Of a stretch of DNA of 64,000 bases, positions 9,028 to 16,447 are shown piece after piece. The stretch lies in IMG/VR virus record IMGVR_UViG_3300029951_000015. One strand, written 5' to 3'. Source of the DNA: a virus. Under the pieces are notes generated by a model, which was not told where the DNA came from, searched no databases, and worked only from the letters and a program-made list of their open reading frames with translations. The position numbers were made by a program, and so were the translations under genes. Every line of letters starts with the position of its first letter. The stretch's first letter is position 1.

Positions 9028-9330
9028 ATGACAACCAGCACCGCCCCCGGAATCAAATTTACCGTAGTCGCACGCCGCTGGTTCCAACCGACCTACGGCA
9101 ACACGTATCATTCGGTTCGAATTTACGACGCGGAAAACAAGGAAATAGCGCATATCCCGTTTGAGTACGGGTACGGCGATCAGGCGCTTGGCACCGCTGG
9201 CGATTGGTTAGTTAGTCAAGGTCTTGTTGCAGCGCCCAAGTCAGGTAGCACTCAATCGACCCTTTGGGCGCGGGAAGAAGCTGGGATTGCGTATCATGTA
9301 TCAGACGTATCGCGCAAAAAAGACCTGTGA
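9028..9330 (+). CDS. hypothetical protein
   Basis: 100-aa ORF, first gene after promoter copy 2. RRWFQPTYGNTYHSVRIY motif; function unknown. Confidence 0.5.
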   Translation: MTTSTAPGIKFTVVARRWFQPTYGNTYHSVRIYDAENKEIAHIPFEYGYGDQALGTAGDWLVSQGLVAAPKSGSTQSTLWAREEAGIAYHVSDVSRKKDL

Positions 9331-9342
9331 GCGTCAGAACTA

Positions 9343-9381
9343 AAACCAAGCCCGGTATATCCGGGCTTAGGGCATTAGGAA
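9343..9381 (+). promoter_or_regulatory. 39-nt intergenic hairpin element, copy 1
   Basis: AAACCAAGCCCGGTATATCCGGGCTTAGGGCATTAGGAA has an 8-bp stem and no U-tract. Near-identical copy at 9749. Confidence 0.5.
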
Positions 9382-9407
9382 ACCCCTAAATTACTGGATG
9401 CTACGAA

Positions 9408-9734
9408 ATGACCGATTCACGATATAACGGATTCAAAAATTACGAAACGTGGAATGTGAACCTGTGGATTGCGAATGAGGAAAGTTCGTATCGGCGCTGG
9501 ACGGATCGCGCCGAGACGTTGGTAAAGGAAAGCGCGCTTACCGAAACTAACGACGAGTTAGCACGCACAGCAGCTATTAGCACGCTCGCCGACGAGTTGA
9601 AAGACGCGCATACGGAAGAAATGCCGGAAGTAACGGGCGTCTACTCTGATCTACTGACAGCGGCATTGCAATCCGTCGATTGGCATGAAGTCGCGGCAGA
9701 CTTGGCCGGTGATGTGAAAATAGACCGCGACTAG
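9408..9734 (+). CDS. hypothetical acidic protein
   Basis: 108-aa ORF. N-terminal FKNYETWNVNLWIANEE motif, acidic C-terminal half. Confidence 0.5.
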   Translation: MTDSRYNGFKNYETWNVNLWIANEESSYRRWTDRAETLVKESALTETNDELARTAAISTLADELKDAHTEEMPEVTGVYSDLLTAALQSVDWHEVAADLAGDVKIDRD

Positions 9735-9748
9735 CGCCCTACCCGCTC

Positions 9749-9787
9749 AAACCAAGCCCGCTATACGCGGGCTTAGGGCATTAGGAA
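9749..9787 (+). promoter_or_regulatory. 39-nt intergenic hairpin element, copy 2
   Basis: AAACCAAGCCCGCTATACGCGGGCTTAGGGCATTAGGAA. The stem differs from copy 1 by a compensatory G/C to C/G swap. Confidence 0.5.
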
Positions 9788-9810
9788 GTCACCGAACAGG
9801 AACAGAGAAA

Positions 9811-10107
9811 ATGCAGACCTTTCAAATGCACCTTATAGACGGAACCAAGGTTAAGACCGAGTGCCGCAGATTCTCGCATTACGTAGGCGCATACCGGTAC
9901 TGGTTCGCGCTACATCAGGAAAGAGGCGATGCTGTGCCTACAGTCTCTCACTTCGAATCCGGGAAACGCGTTTGTCTGTCTAAAATCGGCGCTATCGTCA
10001 ATTATTCTAGAACCGATGAACTCACTGCGGCGCGTCAGGCTATCGACGCCCTGGTTGATAAGGTCGGCGCTCAGAAAGTCCGCAGCGTCTTGGCTGCGTC
10101 GTCATGA
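9811..10107 (+). CDS. hypothetical protein
   Basis: 98-aa ORF with AGGAA upstream. Its stop overlaps the next start (ATGA). Confidence 0.5.
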   Translation: MQTFQMHLIDGTKVKTECRRFSHYVGAYRYWFALHQERGDAVPTVSHFESGKRVCLSKIGAIVNYSRTDELTAARQAIDALVDKVGAQKVRSVLAASS

Positions 10108-10409
10108 CCATGTACCGCACCTTGGAAGAACGTATTAAGTTTGATGCGGGCCTGACAATCGGCGTGCATCCTGTGACATTCCAGCATGGCGAGAGGTATC
10201 TGCGCGCCCTGGTCGATATCGGTGCGCGCGGTAAAGTTTCCGCACTGATCGAACCCGACGAATCCGACATGTACTCATCTTGGTGGCAGGTTAAAGGCGA
10301 TACGACGCTCCCTAAAGGTGCCGTGATTGTGTGGGGCGCACGTGATCCCGAATTGATTAAGCAGTTCGACAGCCCGGTGGCGACTATTTCGATAGTGCGC
10401 GGAGTTTAA
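10104..10409 (+). CDS. hypothetical protein
   Basis: 101-aa ORF, ATGA-coupled to the upstream gene. Confidence 0.5.
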   Translation: MTMYRTLEERIKFDAGLTIGVHPVTFQHGERYLRALVDIGARGKVSALIEPDESDMYSSWWQVKGDTTLPKGAVIVWGARDPELIKQFDSPVATISIVRGV

Positions 10410-10414
10410 TGTAA

Positions 10415-10466
10415 GGGTTTATACTTACTTGCTAGTAAACTATAAATACGGCATTATTAGTTTTAT
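10415..10466 (+). promoter_or_regulatory. family promoter box, copy 3
   Basis: GGGTTTATACTTAC-TTGCTA-GTAAACTATAAATACGG-CATTAT-TAG. Confidence 0.5.
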
Positions 10467-10520
10467 AGTCCCGCACACGTAAGCGCGCTATGATAAGCCC
10501 GTGCCTTTTAGGACATGGCA

Positions 10521-10856
10521 ATGAACCCTAACCTGAGATTTACTATGTCTACAATGGTTTTTGATACCCTGAGCTACGCTGACGCCCTGGAGGAGTCGGG
10601 ATTTACCCCGCAACAGGCCAAGGGCCAAGCGCACGCAATGAAGGTTCTGATTGAGGATCAGATTGCGAGCAAGTCCGACCTTGCATCGACCGAGGGAACC
10701 CTTAAACTCGCCCTATCCGCAAGCGAAGGCGCTCTGAAACTCGCGATTGCCGAAAGCAAAAACGAGACGATTAAGTGGGTTGTGGGGATCGTGTTAAGCG
10801 CAGCGGCTGTGCAGCTATCCGTCATTACCGGGCTTCTGTTGCACTTGGCGAAGTAG
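10521..10856 (+). CDS. DUF1640-like coiled-coil protein with C-terminal TM helix
   Basis: ATG 10521 has better spacing from AGGA than ATG 10515. VFDTLSYADALEESGFTPQQAKGQAHAM resembles DUF1640. The tail WVVGIVLSAAAVQLSVITGLLLHL is hydrophobic. Confidence 0.45.
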   Translation: MNPNLRFTMSTMVFDTLSYADALEESGFTPQQAKGQAHAMKVLIEDQIASKSDLASTEGTLKLALSASEGALKLAIAESKNETIKWVVGIVLSAAAVQLSVITGLLLHLAK

Positions 10857-10898
10857 GCACACCGAAGGGTAACGCGTGCACGCGTTACCTCAGTCCTG

Positions 10899-11168
10899 CT
10901 AGAACCGGTCAGGAACACTGCGCAGCGACAAGCGCCGGGTCGCAGGTACTTCGATGGTGCGCGACGTGTTGGACGGAAGCGGACGCACACAGCCCTTACG
11001 CTCAAGCGTGTAAAAAGTACCGAAGCCGCGAATCATTACAGTACCTTCTGCGGCTTCCTCTTTGATTGTCTCAAACGCAATCGTTAAAGCCCGCTTAATC
11101 AGCTCTTCGTCAGCGCCCGTTTCCTGGACTATCTTGTCAATAAGTCTGCGCGGCGGTGATGTGATCAT
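10899..11168 (-). CDS. HU/IHF-like DNA-bending protein
   Basis: Trimmed to ATG 11168, which has GGGAG 7 nt upstream. 89 aa. IRGFGTFYTLERKGCVRPLPSNTSRTIEVPATRRLSLR resembles the HU/IHF beta-arm. One of only two minus-strand genes in the right arm. Confidence 0.6.
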   Translation of the reverse strand: MITSPPRRLIDKIVQETGADEELIKRALTIAFETIKEEAAEGTVMIRGFGTFYTLERKGCVRPLPSNTSRTIEVPATRRLSLRSVPDRF

Positions 11169-11264
11169 TGCTAAACTCCCTAAGCCTAATTTCCCGGATT
11201 GTAGCATTGAAAGCCCTCTATTGTGCCGGTTTCGTTTCTAAAGGGCACCAAGTTTATAGATTTG

Positions 11265-11305
11265 AAAGGTTGCTGTAAAACTATAAATACGGTATTGTTA
11301 GTGTA
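11265..11305 (+). promoter_or_regulatory. family promoter box, copy 4
   Basis: TTGCTG (11270-11275), TAAAACTATAAATACGG, TATTGT (11293-11298), TAG. Confidence 0.5.
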
Positions 11306-11363
11306 CACGTTTTGCCTTAAATCTAGAAGATTTTTCTACGCACACCCACCTGAGCGAGAACAA

Positions 11364-11555
11364 ATGCCAAGCAATGCCGAAATACGCGAAAACGGCCGGA
11401 AACTCGCAGCGATGCCTGACACCTTGGCTGAGGTGCGGCGAGCGCTAAAACTGTGCGTCAAGGATATGCGCGCCGCTTTGCGCACCCAATCCACTACATC
11501 GATCAGTGCCCCAACTCTGCGGGCCGCAGTCGCAGCGCTCGCCGCTTCGAAGTGA
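11364..11555 (+). CDS. hypothetical protein
   Basis: Track ORF 11223..11555 trimmed to ATG 11364, because the long form would read through the promoter box. 63 aa. Confidence 0.35.
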   Translation: MPSNAEIRENGRKLAAMPDTLAEVRRALKLCVKDMRAALRTQSTTSISAPTLRAAVAALAASK

Positions 11556-11619
11556 CAAAAGATACCCAAATCGGACCGCACCAACATTACATTAAGCTTA
11601 CAGCGTATTACGGCCGTTT

Positions 11620-12114
11620 AACTGATCGGTTTTCCTACCAGTACGATAAACACCCTATTTATAGGCCCTAACTGATCGGTTTTCCTACCAGTTGGTGCCT
11701 AATATTTGAGCACAAAACACCAACTGGTAGGTTTTCCTACCAGTTAGACACTCGATTTCTCCTAACTGATCGGTTTTCCTACCAGTTGGTGCTTAAATTT
11801 TAGGCAGAAAACACTAACTGATCGGTTTTCCTACCAGTTCGCAGCACTTTTCCCCTCCCTCCCAACTGATCGGTTTTCCTACCAGTTCGTTAATTCGGCC
11901 TCCTAACTGATCGGTTTTCCTACCAGTTAGCTAATTTTAGGGCACCAACTGATCGGTTTTCCTACCAGTTAGCTCGTTTCGCCCTCCTAACTGATCGGTT
12001 TTCCTACCAGTTAGCGTCATCTGCCTAAATTTTAAGCACCAACTGATCGGTTTTCCTACCAGTTCGCAGCGATATATACGCTATTTATGGTACTGATCGG
12101 TTTTCCTACCAGTT
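11620..12114 (+). repeat. array of 11 direct 24-bp repeats (iteron or centromere-like), helically phased
   Basis: AACTGATCGGTTTTCCTACCAGTT starts at 11620, 11670, 11722, 11764, 11816, 11864, 11905, 11947, 11989, 12041 and 12091. Spacings are 41-42, 48, 50 or 52 bp. Non-coding. Confidence 0.9.
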
Positions 12115-12326
12115 CAAATAGCCCGCAAAGCCTTACCCCATATAGAAAGTGAGCTTTTCTGTTACTTATTTAAAGGTACACTTTTATGGATACCCTGGAA
12201 AAATACACAAAAAGAGGTTTCTAAATCACCTATTTTTGTCTCTAATCGTCTTTTCTAGGACGGCCACCCCCTTTACGTACCTTTCCGACCGCTGCGAACT
12301 CCCCGGCAAGCTTACAAACTGTAAGA

Positions 12327-12357
12327 AACGAAAAGCGCTTTACAAAGCGTTTTCGTT
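12327..12357. promoter_or_regulatory. dispersed 31-bp palindrome, copy a
   Basis: AACGAAAAGCGCTTTACAAAGCGTTTTCGTT. A-tract, GC core, loop, GC core, T-tract. Confidence 0.6.
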
Positions 12358-12399
12358 AATTTACAGTCCAAACCTGCCCAATCTTCTTGCACCCAAAAT

Positions 12400-12948
12400 A
12401 TGCAGCCTTACCACTCAGACGGCATTGATTATGTGTTCACTTACACCGACCCCAATAGCCGCGATCATTTCATTGTCGCAGAGGTCGCAAACGCGGAAAT
12501 CGTCTTCGCTTTTGCCGAGATCGCTGCGGCTCTTGGCTATGCACATACCGGCCGCATGTCACCGCACGAGTCCGAGCATGCGCGTATCGTCAAGATGCAG
12601 CGCCGCGAGCGGCCGGTAAAGGCCGTCACCCTGGCAGGTGTTCTAACCTGCACACCGCGAAGTGCAACCGCTGTGCACTTCGCCGACTGGATGCGCGCTG
12701 TTGTATTCCCTGTGCTTGACCTGCCCGAGTTCCCGGAAAACGACAGCCATGTGGCCAAGTTCCAGCTGGCCTATATCAACACCCAGCTGGAACAGCTGCA
12801 GAACCGCGCAGAAGCCGCTCGCAGCGTCATAGCAGCCTACGCGCCGCACACTGACGCCGAAGCCGCCCAGGAGCCGCCAAGCGATCCGCAATCCCCCGAG
12901 CGCGTCAATGCTTTGCTTGATGTCGCTTTCGGCGTGAAACGTGCCTAG
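12400..12948 (+). CDS. Bro-N-like domain protein (antirepressor-like)
   Basis: IVFAFAEIAAALGYAHTG ... AVHFADWMRAVVFPVL resembles the Bro-N pattern (DVa.aLGY ... F..Wv...VlP). 182 aa. Confidence 0.45.
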   Translation: MQPYHSDGIDYVFTYTDPNSRDHFIVAEVANAEIVFAFAEIAAALGYAHTGRMSPHESEHARIVKMQRRERPVKAVTLAGVLTCTPRSATAVHFADWMRAVVFPVLDLPEFPENDSHVAKFQLAYINTQLEQLQNRAEAARSVIAAYAPHTDAEAAQEPPSDPQSPERVNALLDVAFGVKRA

Positions 12949-13234
12949 ACGCCGTCTAGTCCTCGAAACCGTGCCTGGCACGCGGATTCGCTACATCACC
13001 CACGGCGGTAAGCCGCTATTCGTCGCCTCAGACGTTGCACGCGAAGCCGGATACAAAACCCCGGCCGCAGCGACTAGCACCTGGACCGGCTCGCTAGTCC
13101 AGTTGACCGAGACTGGCAAACAGTGGCGCTTTGTTGACGCGGACCAGGCCGCCGTAGCGCTCTACCGTTCGAAAGCCCCTGCAGCACATGCTGTTTCCGC
13201 TACGTTACAACTTTTTAACGAAAACGCTCTGTAA
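12941..13234 (+). CDS. Bro-N-like domain protein (short)
   Basis: GTG start overlapping the upstream gene by 8 nt. IRYITHGGKPLFVASDVAREAGYKTP matches the Bro-N N-terminal pattern. Its stop lies inside palindrome copy b. Confidence 0.4.
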   Translation: MPRRRLVLETVPGTRIRYITHGGKPLFVASDVAREAGYKTPAAATSTWTGSLVQLTETGKQWRFVDADQAAVALYRSKAPAAHAVSATLQLFNENAL

Positions 13235-13245
13235 AGCGCTTTTCG
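13217..13245. promoter_or_regulatory. dispersed palindrome, copy b (opposite orientation)
   Basis: AACGAAAACGCTCTGTAAAGCGCTTTTCG ends 3 nt before the -35 of promoter copy 5. Confidence 0.6.
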
Positions 13246-13248
13246 ATG

Positions 13249-13289
13249 TTGCACAAAACTATAAATGCTGTATTATTAGTTTTGTGCAA
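13249..13289 (+). promoter_or_regulatory. family promoter box, copy 5, inside an 11-bp inverted repeat
   Basis: TTGCAC-AAAACTATAAATGCTG-TATTAT-TAG. TTGCACAAAAC (13249-13259) is the exact complement of GTTTTGTGCAA (13279-13289). Confidence 0.55.
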
Positions 13290-13327
13290 GGCAGTCACCT
13301 TAAGTAGTCCTAACGGAGCGGAACGAA

Positions 13328-13564
13328 ATGTCCACCAAGCAGCTAACCAGTCTGAAATTGCGTATGTTCTCCAGCCCTCAAGAGGTTATTGACTATATCC
13401 AGTCTGAGATTGCCGCCACGCTGGAGCAGGACTTGCTCAACATGGAAGGCAGCGAACGCAGTCACTACACGTCAGCGGACCGCCGGGAAATGAAGAACCG
13501 CATCTCTGACGTGAACGCTGTTATCGCTGCGCACGCCTGGACCGCTGCAGGTGGATCGAAATGA
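13328..13564 (+). CDS. hypothetical protein
   Basis: 78 aa with GGAG upstream. First gene of a long ATGA-coupled chain. Confidence 0.5.
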   Translation: MSTKQLTSLKLRMFSSPQEVIDYIQSEIAATLEQDLLNMEGSERSHYTSADRREMKNRISDVNAVIAAHAWTAAGGSK

Positions 13565-13797
13565 GCAACCTTCAGCGCCACCCCGCCGGAACAATGGTTG
13601 TGCCTCCGAGCTACGAAGCGGTTATTTACGGTTTCGACTACGCCCTGCTGTCGGCGCGTAAGGTGATCTTGTTCCGGGCGGGTGAGCGGGCCGCGGAGCG
13701 TACCTATAACGCTGCGCATGCCGTAGCAGGTAAAAGTTTCGCTGGCCTTGTCCAGTTCGTCACCTCTGACGTGACCGCTGCGGGTGAATCGAAATGA
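13561..13797 (+). CDS. hypothetical protein
   Basis: 78 aa, ATGA overlap. The C-terminus TAAGESK mirrors TAAGGSK of the upstream gene. Confidence 0.5.
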   Translation: MSNLQRHPAGTMVVPPSYEAVIYGFDYALLSARKVILFRAGERAAERTYNAAHAVAGKSFAGLVQFVTSDVTAAGESK

Positions 13798-14060
13798 GCG
13801 TACTTCATCGAATTGCCTTAGCAGCCGCCGCGACCCGCAACCAAGTCGACTTTTTCGCACAGGCCCACCCTGCGAAATCCGGCGAACAGATCGTTAAAGA
13901 TGTCGTGGAACGCAAGATGCAGATTTATTTACGGAGTCTGCGCAATCACGAAGTTTCCCTTTTCGCACTCCAAGCTGACTTAACGGAAAAATCGGACAGC
14001 CGGGGCGTGACCGATAACGCAGCGATGGCAATTGCAATTGCCATCTACCAGTGCGAGTGA
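13794..14060 (+). CDS. hypothetical protein
   Basis: 88 aa, ATGA overlap with the upstream stop. Confidence 0.5.
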   Translation: MSVLHRIALAAAATRNQVDFFAQAHPAKSGEQIVKDVVERKMQIYLRSLRNHEVSLFALQADLTEKSDSRGVTDNAAMAIAIAIYQCE

Positions 14061-14062
14061 GC

Positions 14063-14284
14063 ATGAGAACCTTAACTAAAGAGCAAAAACTCAAGGCGCT
14101 TGAGAAGTCGGGTTACAAGCTTATGGCGCGCGATCCGGAGGTAAAGCCGTTGTTTGCGGGCGCGTGGATGGTCATTGACCTCTTGGATGACGACAAAGAA
14201 GATGCTTACTCGATTGTGGGTGACGATCCCGACGCATTGGTTAATGAAGCTCATGAATTTACGCAATGGGCGTTTCGGCCATGA
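14063..14284 (+). CDS. hypothetical acidic protein
   Basis: ATG lies 2 nt after the upstream stop (track start 14051 is a GTG inside the previous gene). Asp/Glu-rich. Confidence 0.45.
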   Translation: MRTLTKEQKLKALEKSGYKLMARDPEVKPLFAGAWMVIDLLDDDKEDAYSIVGDDPDALVNEAHEFTQWAFRP

Positions 14285-14445
14285 CCGCCACCCAAATCTA
14301 CGCCCAAGGCTGGAACGACAAAGCCCGCGGTCGAGTTTCCCGCACCGCTGCGGAGTTCTCAAACGATCTGATGTACCGCGCGTATGTCGACGGCTACACC
14401 GACTACACCAGTTTGCCACTTGCCCGCCGGAGTAACGCAGCATGA
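14281..14445 (+). CDS. hypothetical protein (54 aa, below ORF-track cutoff)
   Basis: ATGA overlap at both ends fills an otherwise empty 160-nt gap. MTATQIYAQGWNDKARGRVS... Confidence 0.4.
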   Translation: MTATQIYAQGWNDKARGRVSRTAAEFSNDLMYRAYVDGYTDYTSLPLARRSNAA

Positions 14446-14666
14446 AAGATACCTCACACCTGGTGGCCCTGAGTGAGCGTCTTGGCCGCGAATTGGCCGC
14501 CTTAGCCGCGTCGAAGTCACCGCTGGAAACAGAGCACCGCGAAGTATGGGTGCGTCAAATCGAGCGCGAGATGGCTGACGAGTACGAATTCTTGGGCTTG
14601 CCAGCCCATATCAATATGGCCGCTGAAATCAGCGATGACGAATTGTTTGAACTGCTGAGCGCCTGA
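14442..14666 (+). CDS. hypothetical protein
   Basis: 74 aa, ATGA overlap. Confidence 0.5.
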   Translation: MKDTSHLVALSERLGRELAALAASKSPLETEHREVWVRQIEREMADEYEFLGLPAHINMAAEISDDELFELLSA

Positions 14667-14668
14667 GC

Positions 14669-14884
14669 ATGAAAACACAGAGGAACAAAATGAACAACGC
14701 AGAATGGAAAGCAACGCCACATCCATTCAACAGCGGACTTTGGGCTGTTTCCTCCGTGAACGACAAAGGGCAACGCAATCACGTTCATGAAGGCGTTGGG
14801 ATCGTGCCGTTAGTCCGTGCGTTTTCTACCCGCGATTCTGCCCGTGCTTACGCGGACGGTATAAACAAAGCCGCACAGGAGTAA
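14669..14884 (+). CDS. hypothetical protein
   Basis: 71 aa. Starts 2 nt after the upstream stop. Confidence 0.45.
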   Translation: MKTQRNKMNNAEWKATPHPFNSGLWAVSSVNDKGQRNHVHEGVGIVPLVRAFSTRDSARAYADGINKAAQE

Positions 14885-14889
14885 ATGCC

Positions 14890-15117
14890 ATGTCAGTCGT
14901 CATAGAAGAATCAGGCTTGCCAAGACCTACGCTGGATCGCGCAGTCGAGTGGCAACTTAAGCTTGCCGATTTGCTCGATGCAGCCGAAGCCGACGGCTTC
15001 GTCGTTACCGTAAAACAGCGCCCGCTCAAGATGCTCGCTATGGGTAACTACGAAACGGTCATCGGCATTCGTGAAGTGCGGATGCAATCATTGACAACCG
15101 CTACCGCACAGGAATAA
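14890..15117 (+). CDS. hypothetical protein
   Basis: 75 aa. Its 3' end forms the first copy of the 30-bp repeat. Confidence 0.45.
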   Translation: MSVVIEESGLPRPTLDRAVEWQLKLADLLDAAEADGFVVTVKQRPLKMLAMGNYETVIGIREVRMQSLTTATAQE

Positions 15118-15125
15118 AGACCATG
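15096..15125 (+). repeat. 30-bp perfect direct repeat, copy 1
   Basis: AACCGCTACCGCACAGGAATAAAGACCATG, identical to 15505-15534. Ends on the ATG of the next gene. Confidence 0.9.
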
Positions 15126-15488
15126 AACACCCAACACGAAATAGCAGATATCCCTTCGCTTACGAACAAGGAATTTTTCCGCATGTTCGGTTCGCTGACC
15201 GGCGCACGGATTGAGAGTGTGCTGGATAAAGAAATGATTCTGGATGACGTTTGCTCGATTGGCCCGTGGATCAGCGAGGGCATGAGCCAGTTTCCCGAAG
15301 AGGATTTCTTGAGCGATATCCTTAAGCGTCTCGACGCCCTGGCAAAGCGTATGCGCGGCGGCACCAAAGCCGAAATGCTGGAGATCATTGAGGAACTTCG
15401 GGACGTGGAAACGAAGGAGACGAGCGCGGCTGAATACGGACGCGGCGAGTTGGAAAAGGCACTAGACGCAATAAAGGAATCAGCATGA
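15123..15488 (+). CDS. hypothetical protein
   Basis: 121-aa ORF that starts on the ATG closing repeat copy 1. Confidence 0.5.
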   Translation: MNTQHEIADIPSLTNKEFFRMFGSLTGARIESVLDKEMILDDVCSIGPWISEGMSQFPEEDFLSDILKRLDALAKRMRGGTKAEMLEIIEELRDVETKETSAAEYGRGELEKALDAIKESA

Positions 15489-15504
15489 GCCGCTGCGCAT
15501 ACCA

Positions 15505-15534
15505 AACCGCTACCGCACAGGAATAAAGACCATG
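15505..15534 (+). repeat. 30-bp perfect direct repeat, copy 2
   Basis: Same 30-mer. Here it is fully intergenic and ends on the ATG of 15532..15942. Confidence 0.9.
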
Positions 15535-15942
15535 CAAACGCCCCTCACCTGGATTGTCCGTTTCGACATTGACCCCGTATGGGTCGCAGACGGTTTCGTT
15601 ATGTCCGACACGCAAGCCATCGATATGCTGTCGTATAAGCTGGAATTTGCAAACGTCGATACCGAACTGGCTGCGCAAGTCATCGCAGGCCCCTCCCCGC
15701 TTCGCATCGCCAAAGAACAAGGGTATGACGCACAGAACCCAGGCGGTAAGACTATCGTGCGGGAAATTATCAAAGCATCGCCTGCAGCGTATTCGAGTCA
15801 CGCCAAGCTTGACCGCGCATTGATCGATGCAATCACCCTGCTCGATTCCGTGGCTTTTGTTCGTGACGAGAAGGACAACACACAGCAGGTGTTGGACGAC
15901 CTTCGGAAAGCGCTCGCTCAGGTGCGAGGGGCATCAGCATGA
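15532..15942 (+). CDS. hypothetical protein
   Basis: 136-aa ORF that starts on the ATG closing repeat copy 2. Confidence 0.5.
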   Translation: MQTPLTWIVRFDIDPVWVADGFVMSDTQAIDMLSYKLEFANVDTELAAQVIAGPSPLRIAKEQGYDAQNPGGKTIVREIIKASPAAYSSHAKLDRALIDAITLLDSVAFVRDEKDNTQQVLDDLRKALAQVRGASA

Positions 15943-16178
15943 GCCGCGCAACGGAATTCCGCATCACGGTCATGGTCGACGGGGTGGTGGCTATCAGGGT
16001 AAGCGGCGTAGGCAGCATCACCAAGTATATCGAGTTCCGCGACGTAATGATGACGATGGACCGTCGCAATCTCAATGGCGAAATCTGGATGACAGAGGCA
16101 GGCGCTGAAAACTGGGACGTTTTCACCTACAAGGCTGGCGACGGAGAGGCAGTTTTGGTGCGGAGTGAACCGAAATGA
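15939..16178 (+). CDS. hypothetical protein
   Basis: 79 aa, ATGA overlap. Confidence 0.5.
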   Translation: MSRATEFRITVMVDGVVAIRVSGVGSITKYIEFRDVMMTMDRRNLNGEIWMTEAGAENWDVFTYKAGDGEAVLVRSEPK

Positions 16179-16441
16179 CCGACGCTCGCACCCTCTCCCC
16201 GCGCGAACGCACCGCAAACGGTTTCGTTTGGGTTTTCGATGAAGCTGGCGCGCACTTCTACCAGAAGGTGATACCGGAGACGCGCGAGCGCATCAGTGCG
16301 ACCGAAACGCGCATCAAGCCGCTCGGTTACAAGCTGATGCGCGTGTTGCCCAATGACCTTGTGAACGGTAATTTCGAATTCCTGTGCCGTCACGAAATGA
16401 CTAACTTGAATGCGGTTCGCACTGCCGGCAACGGGGAGTAA
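16175..16441 (+). CDS. hypothetical protein
   Basis: 88 aa, GAAATGA junction with the upstream gene. Confidence 0.5.
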   Translation: MTDARTLSPRERTANGFVWVFDEAGAHFYQKVIPETRERISATETRIKPLGYKLMRVLPNDLVNGNFEFLCRHEMTNLNAVRTAGNGE

Positions 16442-16447
16442 AGCAGC

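Noticed and set aside
9105-9125. GGTTCGAAT (tRNA T-loop-like string)
   Set aside because: It lies inside a coding ORF, and no acceptor or anticodon stems can be drawn around it. I found no tRNA in any intergenic gap.
11620-12114. Reading the 24-bp repeat array as a CRISPR array
   Set aside because: - Spacers are only 17-28 bp.
- Several spacers share sequence with each other.
- Spacing is quantised to helical turns.
- One repeat is converted to a palindrome.
- No cas genes or leader are present.

It behaves like a protein-binding iteron or centromere array.
12149-12619. 156-aa ORF covering the AT-rich tract and palindrome copy a
   Set aside because: It reads through a regulatory palindrome and overlaps the better-supported Bro-N-like gene in another frame. 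Its composition is AT-rich and low-complexity.
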